Below, piece after piece: positions 16,898-25,583 of a stretch of DNA of 31,321 nucleotides (within the stretch, counting starts at the first letter, position 1; every line of letters begins with the position of its first letter). The translations under genes and the position numbers were made by a program. Source of the stretch: a virus (taxonomy: Duplodnaviria; Caudoviricetes); IMG/VR virus record IMGVR_UViG_3300038674_000015, positions 1 to 31,321 of that record; one strand, 5' to 3'. The notes beneath the pieces were generated by a model. The model searched no databases, was not told the origin of the DNA, and worked only from the letters and a program-made list of their open reading frames with translations.

Positions 16898-17722
16898 ATG
16901 GGTATGGAAATTAATGTGGGTTCCTCTGCCGCTGAAGAACTGTATGGCCCAAATGCTGTCACAGGTAACCTTGATGACATTGAGGTTACTACAGGTGCAG
17001 GTGGGACTCACGTAAGTATTAAGGGTGAAGGGGCTGTCGATGGATCGGTTGATAAGACTGATAAGCCTGATTCCGATGGCTCTAACGATAATCCAGATGG
17101 TAATGCACCGAAGGATGGTGAAGAAACTCCAGACGGAGATGGAGAAGATAAACCAAAAGATGTAGGTGCAGAACGTAACGAGCTTAAGGAAACTATCAAT
17201 AATCTTGGCGAAGACCTAAAAGGTAAGGGCTTTGATTTTGAAAGTGCCATTAAGGAATTGGAAACCAATGGCGAGTTATCCGACGCTACTCTGACTAAGT
17301 TAGAAGAAGCAGGATATCCAAAGGCGGTCATTAAGGGGTACATTAAGGCCGCTGAGATTGTGGAACGTGACTTTGAAAATGCTGTCTATGGTCTTGTTGG
17401 TAACAAAGAGGAGTATACAAAGGTTATCTCATGGGCTAACCTTAATGCTCCAAAGTCAGAACAGGCTGCCTATGATGCTGCGCTGGATCGTGGCGACTTA
17501 CAGACAGCAAAGCTTTACATGGATGCTTTCAAGTCCCGTATGGGTGAGAAGTTTGGTTCTGGACAGCCCAGACTGCCCGGTTCTCCTGCTGTTACCCAGA
17601 AGGTTGAAGGCTTTGCTACAAAACAGGAAATGACTAAGGCTACCTCTGATAAGCGATATGGGCGTGACTCTCGGTATACCACTGAGGTTCAGAATCGTAT
17701 CCTTAAGACTTCTTGGTTGTAA
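16898..17722 (+). CDS. gp9: Capsid scaffolding protein (gp9-like)
   Basis: Acidic; LEEAGYPK..I..YI, C-terminal GFATKQEMTKATSDKRYGRDSRYTTEV; follows the portal gene. Confidence 0.9.
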   Translation: MGMEINVGSSAAEELYGPNAVTGNLDDIEVTTGAGGTHVSIKGEGAVDGSVDKTDKPDSDGSNDNPDGNAPKDGEETPDGDGEDKPKDVGAERNELKETINNLGEDLKGKGFDFESAIKELETNGELSDATLTKLEEAGYPKAVIKGYIKAAEIVERDFENAVYGLVGNKEEYTKVISWANLNAPKSEQAAYDAALDRGDLQTAKLYMDAFKSRMGEKFGSGQPRLPGSPAVTQKVEGFATKQEMTKATSDKRYGRDSRYTTEVQNRILKTSWL

Positions 17723-17735
17723 AGAGAGGATATAG

Positions 17736-17933
17736 ATGAATGTGCTACTTACCTTCTTACAGCTTATCATGGAAGTGTTTCGTGAGTTATACCAGAAGCA
17801 TAAACAAGAAGAAAACCAAGCTGCTTCTGATGCTATTGATGCTGACCCTGCTAACGTCTTCCTGTCTAAGTTCAAGAAAGATGGTACAGGTAGTACCTCC
17901 ATATCCAACACTTCAAAGCGCGACGGTAAATGA
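17736..17933 (+). CDS. Putative inner-membrane spanin-like (Rz-like) small protein
   Basis: RBS GAGGA; hydrophobic/amphipathic N-terminus followed by a helical polar segment; overlaps a lipoprotein-like ORF in the +1 frame. Confidence 0.45.
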   Translation: MNVLLTFLQLIMEVFRELYQKHKQEENQAASDAIDADPANVFLSKFKKDGTGSTSISNTSKRDGK

Positions 17934-18036
17934 ACAAGGTGGTATATGTCTTGATAAGAAAGACACAGCTACCTTACTTCATTATATTGAACAACTACGT
18001 AGCCAGCTTGCTGGCGCAAGACATTTTAATAATTAA
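17782..18036 (+). CDS. Putative lipoprotein, outer-membrane spanin-like (Rz1-like)
   Basis: GTG 17782 (alternative ATG 17830): basic KKKTK, hydrophobic LLLMLLMLTLL, TSS-C lipobox-like site (Cys at 17863), PPYP, C-terminal helix. Confidence 0.55.
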   Translation: MSYTRSINKKKTKLLLMLLMLTLLTSSCLSSRKMVQVVPPYPTLQSATVNEQGGICLDKKDTATLLHYIEQLRSQLAGARHFNN

Positions 18037-18055
18037 TCTTTAATAGGAGATTCCT

Positions 18056-19033
18056 ATGGCTGCTCAGTCTGTTATTGCTTCCCCCGGTCAGGTACTTTCT
18101 TCTGGTGACCGTTGGGCAAGTTTCTTGAAAATCTTTGCTGGTGAAGTCTTGGGTGCTTTCGAGCGTATGACCAAGACCATGGATAAGCATATTATCCGAA
18201 CCATCAGTAACGGTAAGTCCGCTTCCTTCCCTGTGATGGGCCGCGCTACCGCTAAGTATCTGACCCCCGGTGCCAACCTTGATGACCAGCGTGTTAAGAT
18301 TGAACACAATGAGAAGATCATTCCGATTGATGGTCTGTTGACCTCTGATGTGTTCATCACTGATATTGAAGAGGCTATGAACCATTATGACGTGCGTACT
18401 GAGTATAGCCGTCAGATGGGAGAGGCTCTGGCTCTTGCTGCTGACGCCGCTGTGCTGGCAGAAGCTTCCAACTTGGTACTCGCTACTGCTAATGTTCCTG
18501 ATGGTGCTGGTAAGCCTAAGGGAACTGGTGTTGGTGGTCGTTATGTTACTGGTGTCTCGGCTCAGACTGCTGCTTTTGGTCAGAAGATCATTGAAGGTCT
18601 GATGAACGCCCGCGCTACCATGACTAAGAACTATGTCCCCGGTAGTGAACGGTACTTCTTCTGTACCCCTGAGGTATACACGGCTATCCTGCTTGCGTTG
18701 CTGCCTAACGTGGCTAACTACCCGGCTCTCATTGACATTGAAACGGGTAACATCAAGAATGTTGCTGGTTTTGAAGTCATTGAAGTACCTCACCTGCTTG
18801 ATGGTGGTGCTGATGGTAAGCACACCTTTGATGCTAAGCTGGTTACCGCTAAGATCACTGGTATCGCTATGCACCGTTCCGCTGTTGGTACCGTTAAGCT
18901 GCGTGACCTTGCCATGGAACAGGCTCGTCGTGCTGAGTACCAGTCTGACCAGATCATTGGTAAGTATGCCATGGGTCATGGTGGGCTGCGTCCTGAGTCC
19001 GTTGCTGTGTTCACTGAAACCGCTATCGCGTAA
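18056..19033 (+). CDS. gp10: Major capsid protein (gp10-like)
   Basis: FLKIFAGEVLGAF, RTISNGKSASFPVMGR, IDGLLTSDV, NHYDVRTEYSRQMGEALA, KYAMGHGGLRPE. Confidence 0.98.
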   Translation: MAAQSVIASPGQVLSSGDRWASFLKIFAGEVLGAFERMTKTMDKHIIRTISNGKSASFPVMGRATAKYLTPGANLDDQRVKIEHNEKIIPIDGLLTSDVFITDIEEAMNHYDVRTEYSRQMGEALALAADAAVLAEASNLVLATANVPDGAGKPKGTGVGGRYVTGVSAQTAAFGQKIIEGLMNARATMTKNYVPGSERYFFCTPEVYTAILLALLPNVANYPALIDIETGNIKNVAGFEVIEVPHLLDGGADGKHTFDAKLVTAKITGIAMHRSAVGTVKLRDLAMEQARRAEYQSDQIIGKYAMGHGGLRPESVAVFTETAIA

Positions 19034-19035
19034 AT

Positions 19036-19091
19036 CCCTAGGTAACTAGGAACCCTAGTTAACTAGGAACCACCTAGGAAACCTAGGAACC
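19036..19091. repeat. Array of six CTAG-centred short repeats (consensus CTAGGAAC)
   Basis: CTAG at 19038, 19046, 19055, 19063, 19074 and 19083; includes a near-perfect duplication with a 17-bp period. Confidence 0.8.
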
Positions 19092-19095
19092 CCTT

Positions 19096-19134
19096 GGGGA
19101 GTCATTGGGAATATCCCTGTGGCTCCCCTTTTTT
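19096..19134 (+). terminator. T-phi-like terminator after the capsid gene
   Basis: GGGGAGTCA/TGGCTCCCC stem with inner GGGA/TCCC, then TTTTTT; preceded by AACCCCTTGGGG as in T7 T-phi. Confidence 0.85.
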
Positions 19135-19154
19135 AGCAAATTTATGAGGTATCT

Positions 19155-19733
19155 ATGGCTGATTATATCTTTTCACAAGACCCAACACTTGAGGCTGTGA
19201 ATGAAATCATAAGTTCAGTTGGTAGTCCTCCTATCAATTCTCTTAGTAATATAACTAATGTTGATGGTATTGACGCTCTTAGGATGCTCAATAAAACATC
19301 ACGTAGGATTCAGTCTACAGGATGGGAGTGGAACAGACAAGACAATGTTACGTTTATCCCCGATGCGCTGACTAACAAGATAGCCTACCCGAATGATATC
19401 ATTAAAGCTATTGCTGCTAATAGACTTATCAGAAAGGATGGGTACTTCTTTGATTTAGATGCTAATACTGATAGGTTCACATCTAGTATTACAATTACTG
19501 AGCTTGTTCGTGAGTTAGATTTTAATGACCTACCCGAAGCTGCCCGTGACTACATTACAGCGGTGACTGCTAGAGACTTCCAGAGGATTAAGGTAGGGTC
19601 GGTTGAAGCTGACCAGTCTCTTGCTCAAAGGGAAGCAGAGGCACTTGTTAGACTTAACGCACTTGAGATTGATATGGGGCAGTTTAATCTTTACGAAAAC
19701 AATGAAACAGTATCCTCTAATCAGGCTAGATAA
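19155..19733 (+). CDS. gp11: Tail tubular protein A / adaptor (gp11-like)
   Basis: LEAVNEIISSVGSPPINSL, SRRIQSTGWEWN, FNDLPEAARDYI; synteny. Confidence 0.92.
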   Translation: MADYIFSQDPTLEAVNEIISSVGSPPINSLSNITNVDGIDALRMLNKTSRRIQSTGWEWNRQDNVTFIPDALTNKIAYPNDIIKAIAANRLIRKDGYFFDLDANTDRFTSSITITELVRELDFNDLPEAARDYITAVTARDFQRIKVGSVEADQSLAQREAEALVRLNALEIDMGQFNLYENNETVSSNQAR

Positions 19734-19753
19734 CCGTTGAGGGTGGAGGTAAT

Positions 19754-22700
19754 ATGTCTCTTGTTTCACAGGCTATAACATCACTTAAAGGTGGTATATC
19801 TCAACAGCCTCCACAGCTTAGGTTTCCAGATCAGGTAACTGCTCAGGAGAACGGTTTCTCTGATGAGGTTCTTGGGTTACTTAAAAGACCACCTAGTGTG
19901 TTTATTAATAAACTTTCCATTCCTAATATAGACACGGCAAAGATGCACGTTATTAATAGGGATGAAGTTGAAAAATATATAATGACACTTACACCACCAA
20001 CTGATTACGTACTACCAGAGCCACCTGATACTGTTGGTGTTCCTATGGAGCAGGTGTACGAGTGGACTACTCCGGGTACATACACAGTGACTCTCCCTGA
20101 GTGGGCTCAGAGTTACCAGTATTGGGTGCTTGGTGGTGGCGGTGAGGGTGGTCTATGTTTGTCCAGAACAGTGAATGTATTCACAGGAGTGGTTAAGTAT
20201 GAGAATCAAGTCCCAGGAAATAATGGTGGCGACTCTTCTATAGTGTTTGGTGCAGACTTAACGATTAAAGCAACTGGTGGTGAGGGCGGTAGAAACGCTG
20301 CTGTAGCCTCTGGTGGTGTACCTAATGGACTACCGGGTAACTATAAGTATGAGTCCAATTACAAAGCACCAGATCAACTAATAAACACTATATGGGGTAC
20401 TCAGTTAGGGAAAGGCGGGGGGACGTATACAGCCAATAAACAAAGACATAGTGGTGGAGGAACTGGTGGGTACTATGTAGGAAGGACCACTCTCGAACGT
20501 GGCACCAGAACACTTACAGTAACTGTTGGGGCAGGTGGAAATAGACCCGGAACTAAATATCTTGGTAAACCCGGTGGAAACGGAGCAGTGCGTCTTAAGG
20601 TTACTGGTGTTATTGTTAATAGTGATCCTATTGAAACCCCTCCTCCGCCAGATATTATCAAGGTTTTCGATATTAACGGGAACCAATATACTGTTAATAT
20701 CCAGCCTGAAAGTGCTGCGTATTTTAACGGCATAAAAGGTAACCCTAAAAATGTAATTAAGGCTGTTACTATTGCTGACTATACACTTATCTTAAATAAA
20801 GAGAAAGTGGTTAAGATGACAGCAAAGAAGTCCGCTGCTTTAGGAACCAACGCTTTAATCTATTGCAAGAATACTGCATATGGTAAGAAGCATGAAATCT
20901 TCATTAATGGTGTGTCAAAAGCTTCATACACTGTTCCTGATGGTAGTAATGCCTCCCACTCAGTTAATGCTACTACAACCAATGTTATTTTCAGTTTAGC
21001 ATCCGCATTAGCTACTAATGGCGTAGACCATACATTTGGTCCAGATTGGATATACATTACAGGTGTTAATGGGGTTCCATTCACTTCCTCTGATGTTGTT
21101 ACCTGTGGGGATGGTTTTGGTAATAACAATATGAAGTGCATTATGGGTGAGGTCAACTCAATCAATAACCTCCCAGCGACTGCACCTAACGGATACCGTG
21201 TTAGAGTTAAAGGATATAACACTGAGCAGAAAGATGACTTCTGGCTGCAATATCAGAGGGACAAGACAAACTGGGTTGAGGTATGTGCTCCTAACATTGA
21301 GGTGGAGATAGACCCGGCCACCATGCCACAATCCCTTGTTAGAGAGGCTGACGGTACCTTTACTCTTAAACCTGTTGAGTGGTATGAAAGACTCACAGGT
21401 GACGATGACACTAACTCTAAACCGTCATTTGTGGATAAGACTATTAATGATATCTTCTTCTTTAGGAATCGCTTAGGCTTCCTCTCTGATGAGAACATTA
21501 TCTTATCTAAGTCGGCTGAGTTCTTCCAGTTCTGGTTTGACTCTGCTACTGGTATAATTGACGAAGACCCTATTGATGTCGCCGTGTCCGCTGATGTTAA
21601 ACGTGGGGCTAGTATTAATATTCTCCTTGAGGCTGTTCCTATGGAGACAGACTTACTAGTGTTTGCTAAGGAGGCTCAGTTTATACTCCGTGGTGATGGT
21701 ATATTGAGTGCTAAGAATAATCGTGTTGACTTTGTTTCGGCAAATGCGTTTGACGGTTCTTGTTCACCAATATCCATATCTAACAGTGTTTACTTCATCA
21801 GTAAAAGAGCAATCTATTCGTCTGTCTATAAGTACTCTTCTGTGGTGGAATCTCCTGAGCTTAAGAGGGCTGAGGATGTAACAGCACACGTTCCTAATTA
21901 CTTACCTAATGGGCTCTTTAGGATGTCTGGTAGTGTCACTGAAGACCTTATTACGTTCTTAACTGAGGGTGATAGGTCAAAGGTGTATGTGTTCAAATTC
22001 AAGGAGGTTAATAGTCAGTTTGTACAGCAGTCATGGTCTGAATGGATTTGGCCTAGTGATTGGGTTATCCACCTTGCGGACTTCATTGATGATAAGTTAA
22101 TGCTTATTGCCACCACTCCTGAGGGTATCGAACTGCACTACCTACGTATGGTAGGAAACACAGTTGACTTCCCTCAGGTTGAACAGAAGCGTTACTATCT
22201 TGACAGAAAGGTTACATATACCGTTCCTGTTGAGAACTTTGATATAACCACAGGTAGAACAACATTTAGACTTGCTGATGTGTATGGATATGATTCAACA
22301 CAGGAGTGGTCTAATGGTGACTATGCTGTCTTGACTTACGATGGACTTTACCGAAGGGTTGCCCCAGAAGACCGCTTAGGTATAGATGGTGGTAGTTTTA
22401 CTCTGTATGGTGATTTTAGTGGTCAAGAGGTTCTCATTGGGAGAGTCTTTAAGTTCAAGGTTGAGTTGTCTAAGTTGTTTATTAAGTCCACAACACAGAA
22501 TGGTGGTATTGTTCCTTATACCGAGGGAATATTAATGCTCCGCTATATGTGGCTTGATACCTCTGAATGTGGTCCTTTTGATATCTTTGTGTATCCTGAT
22601 GGGTCTAGCGGCGATACTATGAGGGAGTTCTCTTATAGGTACACACCACGACTATTAGGTACACCTAGCTCTGAACTAGGGGCACTTGTATTTGGGAATG

Positions 22701-22834
22701 ACCAATTTAAATTCCCTATCCATGGTAGAAATATATCTACTGTTGTTGTAATTGAGTCTGATGATCCTACACCGTTCGGTATAACAGGTGGTGGATGGGA
22801 AGGCTCGTATACCTCAAGAGCAAGGAGGTTGTAA
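19754..22834 (+). CDS. gp12: Tail tubular protein B / nozzle (gp12-like) with an inserted glycine-rich domain
   Basis: MSLVSQAITSLKGGISQQP, GLLKRPP, GDDDTNSKPSFV...DIFFFRNRLGFLSDENIILS, QQSWSEW; 1026 aa. Confidence 0.95.
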   Translation: MSLVSQAITSLKGGISQQPPQLRFPDQVTAQENGFSDEVLGLLKRPPSVFINKLSIPNIDTAKMHVINRDEVEKYIMTLTPPTDYVLPEPPDTVGVPMEQVYEWTTPGTYTVTLPEWAQSYQYWVLGGGGEGGLCLSRTVNVFTGVVKYENQVPGNNGGDSSIVFGADLTIKATGGEGGRNAAVASGGVPNGLPGNYKYESNYKAPDQLINTIWGTQLGKGGGTYTANKQRHSGGGTGGYYVGRTTLERGTRTLTVTVGAGGNRPGTKYLGKPGGNGAVRLKVTGVIVNSDPIETPPPPDIIKVFDINGNQYTVNIQPESAAYFNGIKGNPKNVIKAVTIADYTLILNKEKVVKMTAKKSAALGTNALIYCKNTAYGKKHEIFINGVSKASYTVPDGSNASHSVNATTTNVIFSLASALATNGVDHTFGPDWIYITGVNGVPFTSSDVVTCGDGFGNNNMKCIMGEVNSINNLPATAPNGYRVRVKGYNTEQKDDFWLQYQRDKTNWVEVCAPNIEVEIDPATMPQSLVREADGTFTLKPVEWYERLTGDDDTNSKPSFVDKTINDIFFFRNRLGFLSDENIILSKSAEFFQFWFDSATGIIDEDPIDVAVSADVKRGASINILLEAVPMETDLLVFAKEAQFILRGDGILSAKNNRVDFVSANAFDGSCSPISISNSVYFISKRAIYSSVYKYSSVVESPELKRAEDVTAHVPNYLPNGLFRMSGSVTEDLITFLTEGDRSKVYVFKFKEVNSQFVQQSWSEWIWPSDWVIHLADFIDDKLMLIATTPEGIELHYLRMVGNTVDFPQVEQKRYYLDRKVTYTVPVENFDITTGRTTFRLADVYGYDSTQEWSNGDYAVLTYDGLYRRVAPEDRLGIDGGSFTLYGDFSGQEVLIGRVFKFKVELSKLFIKSTTQNGGIVPYTEGILMLRYMWLDTSECGPFDIFVYPDGSSGDTMREFSYRYTPRLLGTPSSELGALVFGNDQFKFPIHGRNISTVVVIESDDPTPFGITGGGWEGSYTSRARRL

Positions 22835-23448
22835 TGTATCAGATATTCACAGCCGTTGCTGGTGGTATACTTGGTGGTGTCGAGGCTCTAGCTGATGCAC
22901 ACCAGAGGAATAAAGCTGCTTTAAAAAACTATAAGGCCGCTATTAAAGCTCTTAGTACAAACTATAACTATGGTGTTCTAAGAAATACCACTGCAATCAA
23001 AAGTGAGTTTGACCAAGCTAGGAGAACCCTTGAGAACCTTAAGTATAACTCAAGACAGAATCAATCTACGATACGAGCGGCTATAGCTGAAACCAATACT
23101 GAAGGACGTTCTGTTGGTAAGTTAGAACAGTCTGTTGAAGCACATGATATGCGTACTGAGTCCTCTGTGACTGAGAACTATCAGCTTTCTGCTGCTAACT
23201 ATGTGAGGCAGATTGAGGCTGATAGGATTACCACTAAGTCTCAGATGGAGGCTAAGAAGCAGGAATATAAGAATAACATTGTGAGCCCTGAACAAACATT
23301 CTTTAACATGCTTACAGGGTCCATGAAGGGCGCTCAGGTTGGCTACTCTTTTGGTAGTATGTTTGGTGGAGGCGGCGGTGGTGCTAACTTTGGTGCTGCT
23401 GGTCAGTCAACCGCTGGTATAGCAGGGAACGCTGGATTTTATCGTTAA
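22834..23448 (+). CDS. Internal virion protein (gp14-like)
   Basis: TAATG coupling with RBS AAGGAGG; Ala/Gly-rich ends, helical centre, AETNTEGRSV; synteny. Confidence 0.75.
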   Translation: MYQIFTAVAGGILGGVEALADAHQRNKAALKNYKAAIKALSTNYNYGVLRNTTAIKSEFDQARRTLENLKYNSRQNQSTIRAAIAETNTEGRSVGKLEQSVEAHDMRTESSVTENYQLSAANYVRQIEADRITTKSQMEAKKQEYKNNIVSPEQTFFNMLTGSMKGAQVGYSFGSMFGGGGGGANFGAAGQSTAGIAGNAGFYR

Positions 23449-23462
23449 TATAGGAGTAATAT

Positions 23463-25583
23463 ATGGCTGCTAGAGACAAGCTGCCAACTATAACCGCCGC
23501 AGGTTCAGTTGGACAGTGGAGACAGTTCTCAGGTGCTATGCAGCAACTCCAAGAATCCAATGGGGCTATGACTCAGGTTGTAGCCCCTAAATTTGAACCT
23601 GAGGAGTTTAACCTCGCTGGTTCACTTTTGGATGTCATGGGTGATGCTAATGAGAGCTATAATAATATTAAGAAGGTTGCCGATAAGAACGTTGAAGAGT
23701 GGGCCAATGGTAAGTCGTTCCAAGAAGTAGCACAGGAAATGAAGGAGAATAAAGTTCCCTTTCAATATGATCCTTTCGCTATGGCTTCTCTGGCTACCAT
23801 TCAAGGACGTAATGCGTTCCAAATTGGTATGCTTGAGTTTGAAGAGAGGCTTAAGTCAAGTGAATTTGTTGATAAGTCTCCTGAGGAAATAGATCAGATA
23901 TTCATTGAGAGACAGAGAGAAGTACTTAGTGAACTAGGTGAGGCCCATGGCTCCATTGGTAACTCTGGTGCCTTTATGAATGGATTCTGGTCTGATGCTA
24001 ATAAGACGAGAGAGTATATATGGAAATCCTCTGAGGCAGTTAAGAACGACTACCACAAACAGCAGGGTCTTATTGCTGCTGAGTCACAGATTAATGAGCT
24101 CATGGATAGCAGTGTTGATGATCTTTACAACGGTATTACTATGATATCACAATCTGGTATGATAGGAAGAACCCCTGAAGATCAGATGAAACTAGCTAAG
24201 AGTGTTATTGAATCCCTTAGTAAACATCCCACTGGTGCAGATAAGATTCAACTTCTAGCTGATAAGAATGTACCGGGGCTCCAAGATGGTGTTACATTTA
24301 GGTCACTGTTTGGTGATGAAACCATTAGAGCTTCTATTATCAGCGCAGAAAATACCCGTCTAGTTGCCAACTTTGATGAGTATAGAGCATTTACTGATGA
24401 TGTTAACACTAAGGTTGCTGAAGGTGACTACATAGGCTTACTTGCTATGCAGCAGACATATGCTGATAGAGCAGGTGGGAATGTAACAAAACAGGTTGAG
24501 TATATTGATAATGCTATTGACACCTACAAGAGGCTCCAAGCTAATAACGCAGGTAAAACAACCGCCCTTATGAAGGAGCGTGTTAGGCAGAATCATAATG
24601 CAATGTATATATCTGGTGTCCTAACCGGTATGCTTGACCCAACAAAAGACTCAATAGCCGGGACAACCTTGTATGATCCAAATACAGGAGAAAGCCTTGG
24701 TAGTGTGTCTCATGAGGAAGTACAAGAGGCGTATAGGACACATTTTCTATCTGGTAACCTTTCACCTGATATGATTGATAATATGCTGTCTGATAAAGAC
24801 GGCCAGAAGATGTTTAAGGACTTCTTTGGTGGTATTGAGGGTCAGGTGCGTGGTGATGTTCAGTCTGTTGTTAACGGTGTACAGTCGCCAGCAGACCTTA
24901 AGGAACCAGATGGGTTTAGACAGGCTATGTCATATGTCCAGAATGACCCTAAGAGAGTCTCTGCTATCCTTGGGTATGACCAGACGGACACAGTAAGTTT
25001 ACTTGGGTATTTAATGTCTGGTATCCCTTATCAGCAGTATGTGGCTGCTTCTGCTCAATTTGCTAAGAAGCCTGTGAAGGACCGTTGGGATATGGAATTA
25101 CCCATTAATTCTGGTGACTACACTGTAGACAACAATGGTTATGAAACTATGTTTGTCCGTAGATTAGCATTGTCCTATTTGGCCGCTGGTAAGGATGCAA
25201 GCACAGCCATTGAAGAAGCTAGGGCAGATATGAAGAAAGTTCATCAGCGGTTTGTATACCAGTCTCCTCATAAGGATAAAGGCTGGTTGTGGGACTCTGA
25301 TCGTGACCCTGTTGAGGCTTACATACCAACAAGCTTTTACAGACAGTTTCCGGGGTTCACTCCTGATGAGGTCAATGAGCACCTAACTGAGTTTATATCA
25401 AAGATAGAAGGGGAGAAGGGTGGTATGGACCTGTACTTCTCTTATGATCCTCTATCTAATGTTGTTAGGGTGTTCGATCCGTTAACCATGGATGAATCTT
25501 ACGAGTTCTCTAAGGACTCTATAGTACAGTTTAAAACTAGACAAACAATCACTAAGGCTAGAAGCCGAGGAGATGAGAAGTAA
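23463..25583 (+). CDS. Internal virion protein (gp15-like)
   Basis: 706 aa helical protein; PFQYDPFAM resembles the gp15 N-terminal motif; lies between gp14-like and gp16-like genes. Confidence 0.75.
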   Translation: MAARDKLPTITAAGSVGQWRQFSGAMQQLQESNGAMTQVVAPKFEPEEFNLAGSLLDVMGDANESYNNIKKVADKNVEEWANGKSFQEVAQEMKENKVPFQYDPFAMASLATIQGRNAFQIGMLEFEERLKSSEFVDKSPEEIDQIFIERQREVLSELGEAHGSIGNSGAFMNGFWSDANKTREYIWKSSEAVKNDYHKQQGLIAAESQINELMDSSVDDLYNGITMISQSGMIGRTPEDQMKLAKSVIESLSKHPTGADKIQLLADKNVPGLQDGVTFRSLFGDETIRASIISAENTRLVANFDEYRAFTDDVNTKVAEGDYIGLLAMQQTYADRAGGNVTKQVEYIDNAIDTYKRLQANNAGKTTALMKERVRQNHNAMYISGVLTGMLDPTKDSIAGTTLYDPNTGESLGSVSHEEVQEAYRTHFLSGNLSPDMIDNMLSDKDGQKMFKDFFGGIEGQVRGDVQSVVNGVQSPADLKEPDGFRQAMSYVQNDPKRVSAILGYDQTDTVSLLGYLMSGIPYQQYVAASAQFAKKPVKDRWDMELPINSGDYTVDNNGYETMFVRRLALSYLAAGKDASTAIEEARADMKKVHQRFVYQSPHKDKGWLWDSDRDPVEAYIPTSFYRQFPGFTPDEVNEHLTEFISKIEGEKGGMDLYFSYDPLSNVVRVFDPLTMDESYEFSKDSIVQFKTRQTITKARSRGDEK

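Noticed and set aside
18026-18979. 317-aa minus-strand ORF
   Set aside because: Antisense to the strongly codon-biased capsid gene, a common source of shadow ORFs.
18990-19100. T7-style gp10B frameshift extension
   Set aside because: No slippery sequence seen near the capsid stop, and only about 120 nt of repeats and terminator follow.
19991-20653. gp12 insertion as an intein or a diversity-generating retroelement target
   Set aside because: No Cys/Ser start with His-Asn end, and no reverse transcriptase or template repeat seen in the window.
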